Origin: Candidatus Iainarchaeum sp.
GTDB taxonomy: Archaea > Iainarchaeota > Iainarchaeia > Iainarchaeales > GCA-2688035
Direction: 5' to 3'
Assembly (NCBI GenBank): GCA_017610175.1
Contig: JAFCCO010000001.1
Span: forward strand, 72,265-136,264
Length of the DNA: 64,000 nucleotides
Shown here piece after piece: positions 1 through 8,696 of the stretch. The translations under genes and the position numbers were made by a program. How positions within the stretch are numbered: position 1 is the first letter of the stretch; the number at the start of each line of letters is the position of its first letter. The notes under the pieces were generated by a model. It was not told the origin of the DNA. It saw only the letters and a program-made list of their open reading frames with translations, and searched no databases.

Positions 1-186
1 GGGGGCGTTTGTAAAAATTGGTGCGATCGAGTTTTCCCTGTACCCTGTTCCTACAAGAAAAAGGTTTACTCCGCTTCCAACAACACTCACCGCCATGACT
101 ATTTTTATCAGGTTGCGCCTTGTCATCGCCGCGTAAAGCCCCACCGTTATTAGCATTGCCGCCGCCACAAATACAAGGTTGCTCAT
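1..186 (-). CDS. Mrp/Mbh antiporter subunit C-like (MnhC/NuoK fold), N-terminal part; gene continues beyond window start
   Basis: Minus-strand translation from ATG at 186 gives MSNLVFVAAAMLITVGLYAAMTRRNLIKIVMAVSVVGSGVNLF, typical MnhC/NuoK-like small membrane subunit; 4-nt overlap with upstream subunit gene. Confidence 0.7.
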   Translation of the reverse strand, partial: MSNLVFVAAAMLITVGLYAAMTRRNLIKIVMAVSVVGSGVNLFLVGTGYRENSIAPIFTNAP

Positions 187-641
187 TTGCTCACCTCTGC
201 GGTGAACATTGTTATTGCGATTAAGGAAATTGCCGCAAACACCTCAAGCCCAACCGCCATGTTCATAAGTGGAATAAGCCCCGCTGTTCCAAGCCATCCG
301 GGATTTGGGCCGAAGGCGACCGCATTTCCAAAGAACAGCCCCTGGCCCACAAGAAAATTGTTGAAAAAGCTTTTTCCAATCCCCATGATTGCAAGGCCCA
401 CAAACCCAACAAGCCCAAGGCTTTCCGCCATTGAAAGTCTTTCTTTGCCGATTGCCTTAACCCAGCTTGTCCCAAAACTTATCAGGAGAAGGGCGGTCAT
501 TGTCGCAATTATTGCGCCCCCCGGAAAGCCGCCTCCGGGTGTAAGGTGCCCGTGCGCAATTACATACAATCCAAAAACCGTGATTGGGACAAGTGCCACT
601 GCGGCAACGTTTTTGACAATTGGTGAAAGCCCCTTGTTCAT
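183..641 (-). CDS. Mrp/Mbh antiporter subunit B-like (MnhB domain)
   Basis: 152 aa, polytopic; motif HGHLTPGGGFPGG characteristic of MnhB/MrpB domain. Confidence 0.7.
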   Translation of the reverse strand: MNKGLSPIVKNVAAVALVPITVFGLYVIAHGHLTPGGGFPGGAIIATMTALLLISFGTSWVKAIGKERLSMAESLGLVGFVGLAIMGIGKSFFNNFLVGQGLFFGNAVAFGPNPGWLGTAGLIPLMNMAVGLEVFAAISLIAITMFTAEVSK

Positions 642-907
642 TTCTTGCCGCCCCCCAGTGCGATAAAGACCCCTGTTGCTGCTGCAAACAGAACACTTGC
701 TTCCACAAGAGTGTCCATTCCCCTGTAATCAAAAACTATTGCCGCAACTATATTATTGCTTCCTGTTTCTTCCTGCCCGTGTGCGATGAAAAAATCATCC
801 ATTTTTGTTTCGCTTGGCTTTCCAGCAGGGTGTATTGAGAAAGACATTGCCAAAAGGAAAACGAAAAGGATTGCGGCTACAATCGGTTTTGATTTATTTC
901 TTTCCAT
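638..907 (-). CDS. MnhB N-terminal-like small membrane subunit (MbhE-like)
   Basis: 89 aa; motif AAIVFDYRGMDTLVEASVLF resembles the MnhB-family DxRGxDTLGE segment; overlaps neighbours by 4 nt (operon). Confidence 0.55.
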   Translation of the reverse strand: MERNKSKPIVAAILFVFLLAMSFSIHPAGKPSETKMDDFFIAHGQEETGSNNIVAAIVFDYRGMDTLVEASVLFAAATGVFIALGGGKK

Positions 908-1148
908 TTTCCCACCTTTCTGTTTTTGTTATTGCAACTATAAAAATTGCCGTTGAAAGCCCGGCTCCAATTGCAGCCTCTGCAATTGCAACATCCGGGG
1001 CCTGCAGCAAGTAAAATTCTGTTGAAAGAAGCAGGCTTGTTGCCGCAAGAAAAATTGCCGATGCGACAAGGTCCGTATTTTTGAGTGCAAAGAAAGCGCT
1101 TGCAACTATTCCCACAAGCAAAATAACCTGTATTGATTCAAAAATCAT
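894..1148 (-). CDS. DUF4040-like small membrane subunit of Mrp/Mbh module (MbhD-like)
   Basis: 84 aa, two to three TM helices; its position between MrpG and the MnhB-like genes matches Mbh/Mrp gene order. Confidence 0.45.
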   Translation of the reverse strand: MIFESIQVILLVGIVASAFFALKNTDLVASAIFLAATSLLLSTEFYLLQAPDVAIAEAAIGAGLSTAIFIVAITKTERWENGKK

Positions 1149-1492
1149 ATCCTCACTCCCTTAAGTTTGTCTACAACCGCCAGTGCCGGCTTTATCCCAC
1201 TTCTGTAGGCGGCTCTTGCTATTGCATGTGCCCCTGTTGGATTTGTTAAGAGCAGCAAAAGCATTACAAGAAGGGTGTGCAGTGAAAGTTGCATTCCCTG
1301 CGTGTTTCCTTCAAAAAATTGTATTGCTCCAATTATGATTACTGCGAGGTAAATGAATATTGACCCAAAGGTTGTGCACTTTGTTGCGCCGTGGAGCCTT
1401 GTGTACACATCCGGAAAACGGTGCAGTGCGACAACCCCGAATGTTTGGAATATCAGGCCGATTGCAAGAGACAGATATGCAAGTTCAATCAT
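1145..1492 (-). CDS. Mrp/Mbh antiporter subunit G (MnhG)
   Basis: 115 aa; motif RFPDVYTRLHGATKCTTFG is the MnhG signature. Confidence 0.75.
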   Translation of the reverse strand: MIELAYLSLAIGLIFQTFGVVALHRFPDVYTRLHGATKCTTFGSIFIYLAVIIIGAIQFFEGNTQGMQLSLHTLLVMLLLLLTNPTGAHAIARAAYRSGIKPALAVVDKLKGVRI

Positions 1493-1755
1493 CCCTTTTC
1501 CTCCATGTATTTTGAAATGAAAAGTGTTGAAACAAATGTAAGCATTGCGTAAATTATTGCAACGTCTATGAAAATTATCTGGTTGAAAGCGGTTCCAAGC
1601 ACAACAAGGGCTGCGGCTATAACTGTGTTGGTTGTGTCAAGTGCGACCGCACGGTCCGCTGTTGTGGGCCCAAGTGCAAGCCGTGCAATGCATATTATTG
1701 CAAGAACCGCAAGAATTGCTGCTGTAAAAAATAAGGTTATTCCCATTTCAATCAT
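1489..1755 (-). CDS. Mrp/Mbh antiporter subunit F (MnhF)
   Basis: 88 aa; motif RLALGPTTADRAVALD is the MnhF signature. Confidence 0.75.
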   Translation of the reverse strand: MIEMGITLFFTAAILAVLAIICIARLALGPTTADRAVALDTTNTVIAAALVVLGTAFNQIIFIDVAIIYAMLTFVSTLFISKYMEEKG

Positions 1756-2261
1756 TCGGCAATTCTCCTAATCCAGTCCGGAAAGTTGGAGCATATGTCT
1801 CCGCAGTCCGGTTCCTTTTTCTTTACATAAATCCAGTGCACGTAAAGATTCTTTTTGTCGTCAACGTCAACTGTTAGCGTGCCAGGTGTTAATGTTATTG
1901 AGTTTGCAAGAAGGGTTGTTCCAAAATTTGTTTTAAGCCCTGACGGGATTTTCACAATTCCTGGTTTTATTTTTCCGGTTAGGACCCTGTAAGCAACATC
2001 CAGATTGGCTTTTGCCATTTCAACAAAAAGGGGACCTGCCACATATGCAATCAGCAAAACCCATCTTTTGGGGCTTAGGAAAGATTTGTTTGGCTTTAGT
2101 CCAACCGCATTAAAGATTCTTGACACAAGGGCGGCGGAAATTACCGCAAAAAGCAGTGCAAATACAAGTTCTTCGCCGGACCAAAGGCCGAGGTTTCCTG
2201 AACCCGCACTTAAGGCAAGATAAAAAAGAAATGAAAACACAACAGTTATTTTAAAAGACAA
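1752..2261 (-). CDS. Mrp/Mbh antiporter subunit E (MnhE)
   Basis: 169 aa; NLDVAYRVLTGKIKPGIVKIP resembles the MnhE conserved core; first gene of the co-directional module with 4-nt overlaps downstream. Confidence 0.65.
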   Translation of the reverse strand: MSFKITVVFSFLFYLALSAGSGNLGLWSGEELVFALLFAVISAALVSRIFNAVGLKPNKSFLSPKRWVLLIAYVAGPLFVEMAKANLDVAYRVLTGKIKPGIVKIPSGLKTNFGTTLLANSITLTPGTLTVDVDDKKNLYVHWIYVKKKEPDCGDICSNFPDWIRRIAE

Positions 2262-2328
2262 GAAATTCCACCCTACCCCAGATTGACTTAATACAATTAA
2301 TCTTTAAAATGCCTGCCTTCTCTGCGAT

Positions 2329-3068
2329 TCACTCTCCGAATGCAAGTTTCAGTGCGAGCATGAACCCAATTCCAAAAAGGAAGAATATAAAGTAACCAAT
2401 TGTCTTGTGAATGTTGTTTTCACGGTGGAATTCTGGAACAAGGTCTGAGGCTGAAATGTAAATGAATCCTCCCGCCGCAAATGGAAGCAGGATTTGGGAA
2501 AAACCCATTGCTTCGGAAAAGAAGAATCCAACCAGGCCCCCATAATGCATGTTGTCTGCGAGAGAAAATTGTAGAAAAGCGCTTTTTTTCTTGAAAACCC
2601 GCCGTGAATTAACACACCAAAATCTCCAAGTTCCTGCGGGAGCTCGTGGCCCATAATAAGCAAAGTGGTAATAATGCCAAAGTTTGTGTTTACCAAAAAG
2701 CTTGCCGCAATAATCAGCCCGTCAATAAAATTGTGCAGCCCGTCACCAATTAGGATGAGCGGTGTTACGGGGTGTGAGCAGTTGCCGTTATGGCAGTGGT
2801 GCCAGTGCAGCAGCTTTTCAACCAAGAAGAATGCTATGAATCCGACAAGCACTACGGAAAAAACAAGTGTTGTGTCCGCAAAGATTTCAATTGATTCGGC
2901 GATAAGGTGAAAAAAAGCCCCGCTGAGCAATGCCCCTGCAGAAAAGCCGACGAGAGCAAAAATTATTTGTCCAAGCCTTTTCCTGCTCATGGAAAGAGTG
3001 AATGCTCCCGCAAGCGCAAGCAGGCTGTTTACAATTGTTGCTGCCAAAATCCATTCAAGGGGCTCCAT
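2329..3068 (-). pseudogene. ZIP-family (ZupT-like) metal transporter with an apparent +/-1 frameshift near 2550-2570
   Basis: N-terminal frame (3068..about 2560) has HNFIDGLIIAASF and HELPQELGDFGVLIHGGFSRKKAL ZIP motifs; C-terminal ZIP segment AAGGFIYISASDLVPEFH is in another frame (ORF 2329..2550); junction lies next to a homopolymer (ttttttt at 2583-2589). Confidence 0.5.
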
Positions 3069-3151
3069 TCAAATCACTTTTTTTTGCTACAAATAATATT
3101 ACTTTTCTTAATTTAAAGGATTTGTCCCTTCCCTGTTAAATTATGTATAAG

Positions 3152-3829
3152 TTAGAGCAGGGTTATTGCCAAAAGCACAGCTGCAAATCCTGCAAGAATG
3201 GCTGCAGACTTGCCGTGCGGGTTCTCAGTAAGCTTTGCTTCTGGAAGAAGCTCGTGAACCGAAATAAATGTCATCACCTCTGCCGCAGCCCCCAAAGCCA
3301 TGCCAAGCATGACGGACGGCATGTCCCGCAACACAAAGAACCCTATCAGGAACCCAAACAATTCAAACAAAATGGTCCCAAAAACTATTGCAAACGACAG
3401 CCTCCGTTTTCCGGTAAGGCTGTAGAGCGGAATCACTGTTGCAATATTTTCAGGAATGTCCTGCAAAGCAATTACCAAGGCAATCAATATTCCAAGGCTT
3501 GGCTCAAGCGCAAAGCCAATTCCAATCGCAAGCCCTTCCGGGATATTGTGCAATGCAATTCCAATAACCAGCATTGCAACGCACCTAACCATATTCTCCT
3601 CTTTTTTGCAGAATTCAGGGTGAAGGTGCGGCAGAATTTTGTCCAAAGCAAGCACAATTGAGGTGCCCAAAGCAAATCCGATTAGGACAAAGATTGCGGA
3701 AGCGCTTTCAAGGGCCTCCGGAATTAATTCCATTAGGGAAATTCCAATCATCATTGATGCGGCAAACGCAAGGGAATAGCGCAAAAATTTTTCACTTGGC
3801 TTTTTCAGCAAGCCGATTCCCGAACCCAA
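3152..3829 (-). CDS. ZIP-family (ZupT-like) divalent metal transporter
   Basis: 225 aa; HNIPEGLAIGIGF and LQDIPENIAT motifs, multi-TM. Confidence 0.75.
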   Translation of the reverse strand: MGSGIGLLKKPSEKFLRYSLAFAASMMIGISLMELIPEALESASAIFVLIGFALGTSIVLALDKILPHLHPEFCKKEENMVRCVAMLVIGIALHNIPEGLAIGIGFALEPSLGILIALVIALQDIPENIATVIPLYSLTGKRRLSFAIVFGTILFELFGFLIGFFVLRDMPSVMLGMALGAAAEVMTFISVHELLPEAKLTENPHGKSAAILAGFAAVLLAITLL

Positions 3830-3916
3830 AAGCTACCCAAAGAAAATTAGAAAAATGATAATCCAAAACTGGTCCACGGATTCATCGCCTGCCTAACTCA
3901 ATTGATAACCAATAAG

Positions 3917-3928
3917 GTAATATATAAG
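3917..3928 (+). promoter_or_regulatory. Archaeal TATA-box-like element (taatatataag) about 25 nt upstream of a probable leaderless start at 3950
   Basis: AT-rich TATA-like octamer at canonical spacing before the ATG that begins the signal peptide MFKTYSKIVLIAFSLLLAANAFA. Confidence 0.4.
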
Positions 3929-3949
3929 AAGTGCATTATTTTTCATAGC

Positions 3950-5680
3950 ATGTTCAAAACCTATTCAAAGATAGTTCTGATTGCATTTTCGCTGCTTTTG
4001 GCAGCCAATGCCTTTGCGGTAACGCTCGAATATGACGGGTCTGTAATAATTGACCTGCCGCAGGACCGATTTTACGGCGGCGACACGGTAAATGCATCAA
4101 TACTGATTTCAAATTCAGAGGACTTCCCCCTTGCAAACGCCTACCTTGTGCTCGAAATCGTGAAAGGGGAGTATTATTACCCTTCCCAAAAGCTCAACTC
4201 AAACAATGTAATTTATGAGGAAATAGTTCGCGGGATAAACCTTGCCCCCGGTGCCAGCAAGACAATTCCCTTCGCCTTTGAGCTGCGCAACGACCTTGAT
4301 GTTGGAATTTACAGAATAGACGCTTACCTGCAGGAGGGCGTAACCCCGATTGCAGGAGTCCCCTACATTTTTGACGCACCACACAGCGCATATTTTGTGT
4401 TCAACGGAACGGACGGAGTTGAGCCCGAATTCCCGGTGGCAAAAATAGTGCGGCCCAGAACGGCATTCAACGACACAACCGGGCCTGTTGGTGCCCCTGC
4501 AGAGCCAAACTCAATGGTTGGCGCAAACATTTTTGTGGAAAACACATCAAATGCCAAAGTTTCAGGATTGGTTCTCAACCTTGTAATGTGCGAATGGAAC
4601 GACACAGTCTGTGAAACGGAATTGTGGACACACAAAGTTGCAATTGGCGAAATTGCCGCAGAAGACGAGGCAGTTGTTGAACTTCAGGTTCCGGCTCCTG
4701 CAATCGCCGACGCATACGCCGTAAAAATGGAGCTTAATGATTCCGAGGGAAACCTTCTCTCGCTTTACAGAAACCGCATCATTGTTGCGGGCGAAACCAA
4801 AAAAATAAGAAAGCTTTACGTAAACGATTATTACTTTGAAGAAGGGGACACGGTAACAATTAGTGCGGTAATCGGGCCAAGCCCTGACCACTACAATGAC
4901 AGCCCTGTGCTTTACGGCGCAGAATTCAAAATAAGCGTAATTGACCTTGAAACCAACGGCCCAGTATTTGAGCAGTCGCTTGACCTAACCCCTGCCGAAG
5001 AACTCTACCTTGAAAGGGAAGTTTCCTTTCAAGCAGACCGCGAACTTACTAAATTCAGAGTATGCGGCGTAATTGAAAAAGCAGGAGTTGAGCACGAAAA
5101 CTATTGCTTTGATTTGTACAGTGAACAATTTGTGCAGGGCAGCCAAAGCGAAATAAGTGTTGACTGGAGTTACAATATTGAAACAAGCTCACTTTTACTG
5201 CAGTTTTGCCCGCAGGACATAGCGGGGGCAAGCCAGTTGCTTAACGCAAGGTATTACCTTTCAGACAGCAAAGGAAATTTGGTTGCCGAAGCCCTTGCGG
5301 AGTCTGACGCCTGCCTTGAGCAGGAAATAAAATACGTGAAGAAAGAGAAGCACAGCCTGCTTGTTCTGAATACGATTAATTTCGAGCAGCAAAAGACCGA
5401 AATAGACATTCCGGCATATTTGAAGTCATGCATCAATGTGGACTGCTCTGATAATGTTGCATGCACCGCAGACAGTTGTGTAGACGGGGAATGCATCCAC
5501 GCCCCACTCGCAGAAGGGGCTTCATGCGGCAGTGGAATGGCCTGCAAAAGCGGCGAATGCAGACCGCTCACAAGCTTTGAAATGCTTACCCCTATATTTA
5601 TCCCGTTGTTTGCCCTAATTGGCATAGCATTAATTGCATTTGTGGGCTACAAATATTACAAAAAGAGGGGAAAAGAATGA
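3950..5680 (+). CDS. Large secreted protein (Ig-like repeats, C-terminal Cys-rich module, C-terminal TM anchor)
   Basis: Six-frame ORF 3902..5680; internal ATG at 3950 gives a classic signal peptide; C-terminus CINVDCSDNVACTADSCVDGECIHAPLAEGASCGSGMACKSGECRP then TM helix PIFIPLFALIGIALIAFVGY plus KKRGKE. Confidence 0.65.
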   Translation: MFKTYSKIVLIAFSLLLAANAFAVTLEYDGSVIIDLPQDRFYGGDTVNASILISNSEDFPLANAYLVLEIVKGEYYYPSQKLNSNNVIYEEIVRGINLAPGASKTIPFAFELRNDLDVGIYRIDAYLQEGVTPIAGVPYIFDAPHSAYFVFNGTDGVEPEFPVAKIVRPRTAFNDTTGPVGAPAEPNSMVGANIFVENTSNAKVSGLVLNLVMCEWNDTVCETELWTHKVAIGEIAAEDEAVVELQVPAPAIADAYAVKMELNDSEGNLLSLYRNRIIVAGETKKIRKLYVNDYYFEEGDTVTISAVIGPSPDHYNDSPVLYGAEFKISVIDLETNGPVFEQSLDLTPAEELYLEREVSFQADRELTKFRVCGVIEKAGVEHENYCFDLYSEQFVQGSQSEISVDWSYNIETSSLLLQFCPQDIAGASQLLNARYYLSDSKGNLVAEALAESDACLEQEIKYVKKEKHSLLVLNTINFEQQKTEIDIPAYLKSCINVDCSDNVACTADSCVDGECIHAPLAEGASCGSGMACKSGECRPLTSFEMLTPIFIPLFALIGIALIAFVGYKYYKKRGKE

Positions 5681-8217
5681 GTTTCAAAAACGCAATTGCA
5701 ACAATGCTGATGCTTGTGCTTATTGCAGGATTTGCATTTGCCGACAATGAAGAGCCTGAAGCACAAAACGTTTACATAAGCCCCTCAAACCCTACAACTT
5801 CTGATGACCTTACCTGCAACTACACTTACTTTGATGAAGACGGTGACTCGGAGGGTGACACCGAGATAAAGTGGCAAATGGATATGGGCTGGGGATGGTG
5901 GAACCAGCGCGATTATGATGACCTGCAGGTTTTGCCATCATCCGCAACAGGAGTATATTCCTCTGAGGATTGGAGATGCCGTGTAAGGCCCATCGCACAG
6001 ACGGGTGATAAGCGCGGAGACCGCGAAGAAAGCAACTCGGTTACAATCTCAAACCAAGAGCCTGTTGCAAGAATAAATGTGGACAGGACAAGCGCAATAA
6101 CCAATCAAAACTTTAACCTTGATGCAACCACCTCAACAGATGCAGAAGACTGCCCAAGCGGGGGGGACTGCGGAGATCTTGATTATGAGTGGGAAGCAAA
6201 ATGCTCGGATTCATGGTGCAATTGGAGTGACATTGGGGACGGTGCGACAATAAGTGAAAGTTTTTCGTCGCCCGGCACCAAAAGAATAAGATTAACTGTT
6301 GAGGACCAGCAGGGCCAAACAGACAGGGATGAAATAGAAGTAACGGTTTTGAGAAGCTATTCCTGCAATTATTCGTCATTTGGGCCACTGGATTATGACC
6401 CATCGGCACCGTGGGATGACGTAATTGCATTGCACCCAAATTATTCAATTCCTGAGGTGACCAGCATTGAGGTAACCGGCCACGATTTCAGAGTGGGCGG
6501 CTGGTTTAAATATGCGGGCATAAAGGCCGAAGTGTGGAGTGGCGGAACAAAAATAAGGGAATTCAACAACAGGTCAAGTTCTTTTCCGGTCTATACCCAG
6601 ACAATGACAATTGACTTCAGCTCCGGCGTATTTTTACCAAACCAGTCTTACGCAGTAAAAATTTTCAGGAAAAAATGCATCTCTGTTATTGGGACAAGCA
6701 GGGACGACGCATACGAAAACGACTACTTTGCAAATTCACACTCATGGGAACTTGTTGAACAGATAAATGTGTTCCTGGAGGATGAGCGTGTAAATTTTAC
6801 ATGCAGCAATTTCAATTACCAGGCTTCGATGAATTTTAACAAGCCGGCTGTAAACGATCCCGCACTCGGAGGCATAGTAATTGACGACACCACAAACCTT
6901 AACATAAGCAATTTTGGAACATTTGATTCATACTGCTTGGACGGTGTTCCTGGCTCGGGCTTTAAGTACGTTGCAAGGGCAAGTCTCACCGAAGCAGGGG
7001 GCACAACAAACACATACTACAACACAACCATAAAACCCGACGGGTGCTTCAACGAGCCCGTGGCAAACAGTTCAATTTTAATCCCCTTTGCATCGCTTGG
7101 GAAAGGTGTTTACACACTTGCAATAGAGGCACTCTCCTGCCAACAGATTGAGGAAATCGGTGTTCACGGCTGGCAGGCATTCAAGAATGGTTATTACTGC
7201 AGTTCAGAGCCGTGGGTTTGGGGCAGCACACAGCCAACCCTCAACCTTGAGCAGGCCAATGGGGACGGGGAAATACTAAATTTTGCGGGCCCGCTTCCAT
7301 CAATTATAGTTAATGTTTTTGACCCGAATAATATGCAGGCAACGATTAGTGGGGGCAACCGTTTATTCTTCTTTACCCCATTCCTAAATGATGCCCAGCA
7401 GCTTGATTTGGATTGGATACTAACAAACACAAGCACGGACAACCGCTTTGACATAAGGATTACCAGTGTAAACTTTGCTGCAGCCAGGTGCCCGTTTGGG
7501 GCGTGCGCAACAAGTTCAATTCCATTTGACCTCGACGAAATCGGGGAAGAGGGGTCAGTGCTTGAGGCAGTAACTGTAACACTCCAGACCTATTTGGATA
7601 ATGTAAGCGATACTGAAACAACAATTGATTACGCTGTGCAGGTAACATATGATGATGCATTTGGGCTTTCAACAATTCCCCCAAAAACACTGACAGACAC
7701 AGTTACGGTAACTTTTGTGCCACCCCCGTCTGATGTGCTGCTGGTGAGGGACATTAAGATTCTGCCGCAGGAAACACTCAGCGAAGACACCGACACTTTT
7801 GATGTCGAGGTCGTTGTTGAAAACTTCAGCGGGGCAAGTTTTGTTGTTCCGGTTCAGCTAACCATTCTTGACCCGATTACTAACAGGGAAATAACCCTAA
7901 CCCAAACTCTCCCCGCCAATATGCAGTGGACAGACGTTATTCCGGACAACTCTGTTGGAAGCGATGCGGTAACAGTGTCCTTTAGCGGGATTGTAATTGA
8001 CGGCGAACCAGAGTTTTTGGCAGGAAAAAGCTACTGGGTTAAGGCAGAGTTAACAAACCCTGATGCAGAGAAAGTGACTGTAAACGACGAGAAAAAGGCT
8101 TTGCTTAAGATTCTTGAAACCGGCAGGGAACCGGTTTCGGTTCCGGGCATGAACCTTGCATCAATTGCATTTGTTGCGTTTGCGGTTCTTGCAATTTACT
8201 CACTGCACAGGAAATAG
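5677..8217 (+). CDS. Large secreted PKD/CARDB-domain protein with C-terminal TM anchor
   Basis: 846 aa; signal peptide MSFKNAIATMLMLVLIAGFAFA; PKD-like segment (DATTSTDAEDCPSGGDCGDLDYEWEAKCSD...IRLTVEDQQGQTD); C-terminal MNLASIAFVAFAVLAIYSLHRK; ATGA overlap with upstream gene. Confidence 0.7.
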   Translation: MSFKNAIATMLMLVLIAGFAFADNEEPEAQNVYISPSNPTTSDDLTCNYTYFDEDGDSEGDTEIKWQMDMGWGWWNQRDYDDLQVLPSSATGVYSSEDWRCRVRPIAQTGDKRGDREESNSVTISNQEPVARINVDRTSAITNQNFNLDATTSTDAEDCPSGGDCGDLDYEWEAKCSDSWCNWSDIGDGATISESFSSPGTKRIRLTVEDQQGQTDRDEIEVTVLRSYSCNYSSFGPLDYDPSAPWDDVIALHPNYSIPEVTSIEVTGHDFRVGGWFKYAGIKAEVWSGGTKIREFNNRSSSFPVYTQTMTIDFSSGVFLPNQSYAVKIFRKKCISVIGTSRDDAYENDYFANSHSWELVEQINVFLEDERVNFTCSNFNYQASMNFNKPAVNDPALGGIVIDDTTNLNISNFGTFDSYCLDGVPGSGFKYVARASLTEAGGTTNTYYNTTIKPDGCFNEPVANSSILIPFASLGKGVYTLAIEALSCQQIEEIGVHGWQAFKNGYYCSSEPWVWGSTQPTLNLEQANGDGEILNFAGPLPSIIVNVFDPNNMQATISGGNRLFFFTPFLNDAQQLDLDWILTNTSTDNRFDIRITSVNFAAARCPFGACATSSIPFDLDEIGEEGSVLEAVTVTLQTYLDNVSDTETTIDYAVQVTYDDAFGLSTIPPKTLTDTVTVTFVPPPSDVLLVRDIKILPQETLSEDTDTFDVEVVVENFSGASFVVPVQLTILDPITNREITLTQTLPANMQWTDVIPDNSVGSDAVTVSFSGIVIDGEPEFLAGKSYWVKAELTNPDAEKVTVNDEKKALLKILETGREPVSVPGMNLASIAFVAFAVLAIYSLHRK

Positions 8218-8643
8218 CTAGAGTTCCTTCTCCATTCGGATATGCAGTGTTCCAATTTTTGAATGCTTAAACAGCTTTCCGGTGGATTTGTAACCAAGCT
8301 GTTTGAAGAACTTTTTCGCGTGCTTTCTTGAATTTACATAAATGGCCTTCACACCCTTTCTTCGCGCACGCTCTTCAAGCTTTTGGACCGTTTTGCTTCC
8401 GATTCTGCGGTGCCTGAATTTTCTCTTGACAGCGACGTACTGAATGTGGCTCTTTCCCCTTTCAATTGAAAGGGTTCCGGTTCCAACTGCTTTGCCGTTT
8501 AGAACTGCAACCAGGGGAGTTTGGTTCTTTTTAACAACCGGCTTTTCGCGCGGAAAGCCAATGTATCTGTGAAGCAAATCATATCGCATTTCAAACATTT
8601 CGCTGGCTTCAGCTTTTCCGCGCGGTTTTCCTATCTTAAACAT
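8218..8643 (-). CDS. GNAT-family N-acetyltransferase
   Basis: 141 aa; acetyl-CoA binding core IQYVAVKRKFRHRRIGSKTVQKLEERARRKGVKAIYVN. Confidence 0.75.
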   Translation of the reverse strand: MFKIGKPRGKAEASEMFEMRYDLLHRYIGFPREKPVVKKNQTPLVAVLNGKAVGTGTLSIERGKSHIQYVAVKRKFRHRRIGSKTVQKLEERARRKGVKAIYVNSRKHAKKFFKQLGYKSTGKLFKHSKIGTLHIRMEKEL

Positions 8644-8696
8644 TAAAATAAGTTAGCGGGAAAAAGAAGAAAAAGGTAACAGACAATTACTTGGAC

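Noticed and set aside
3143-3661. 172-aa plus-strand ORF rich in Cys/His/Lys
   Set aside because: Antisense to the intact ZIP transporter gene 3152..3829; no independent support.
8215-8220. Convergent genes (846-aa secreted protein and GNAT) whose stop codons abut as the palindrome TAGCTA
   Set aside because: Real but probably trivial consequence of genome compaction; not a feature in itself.
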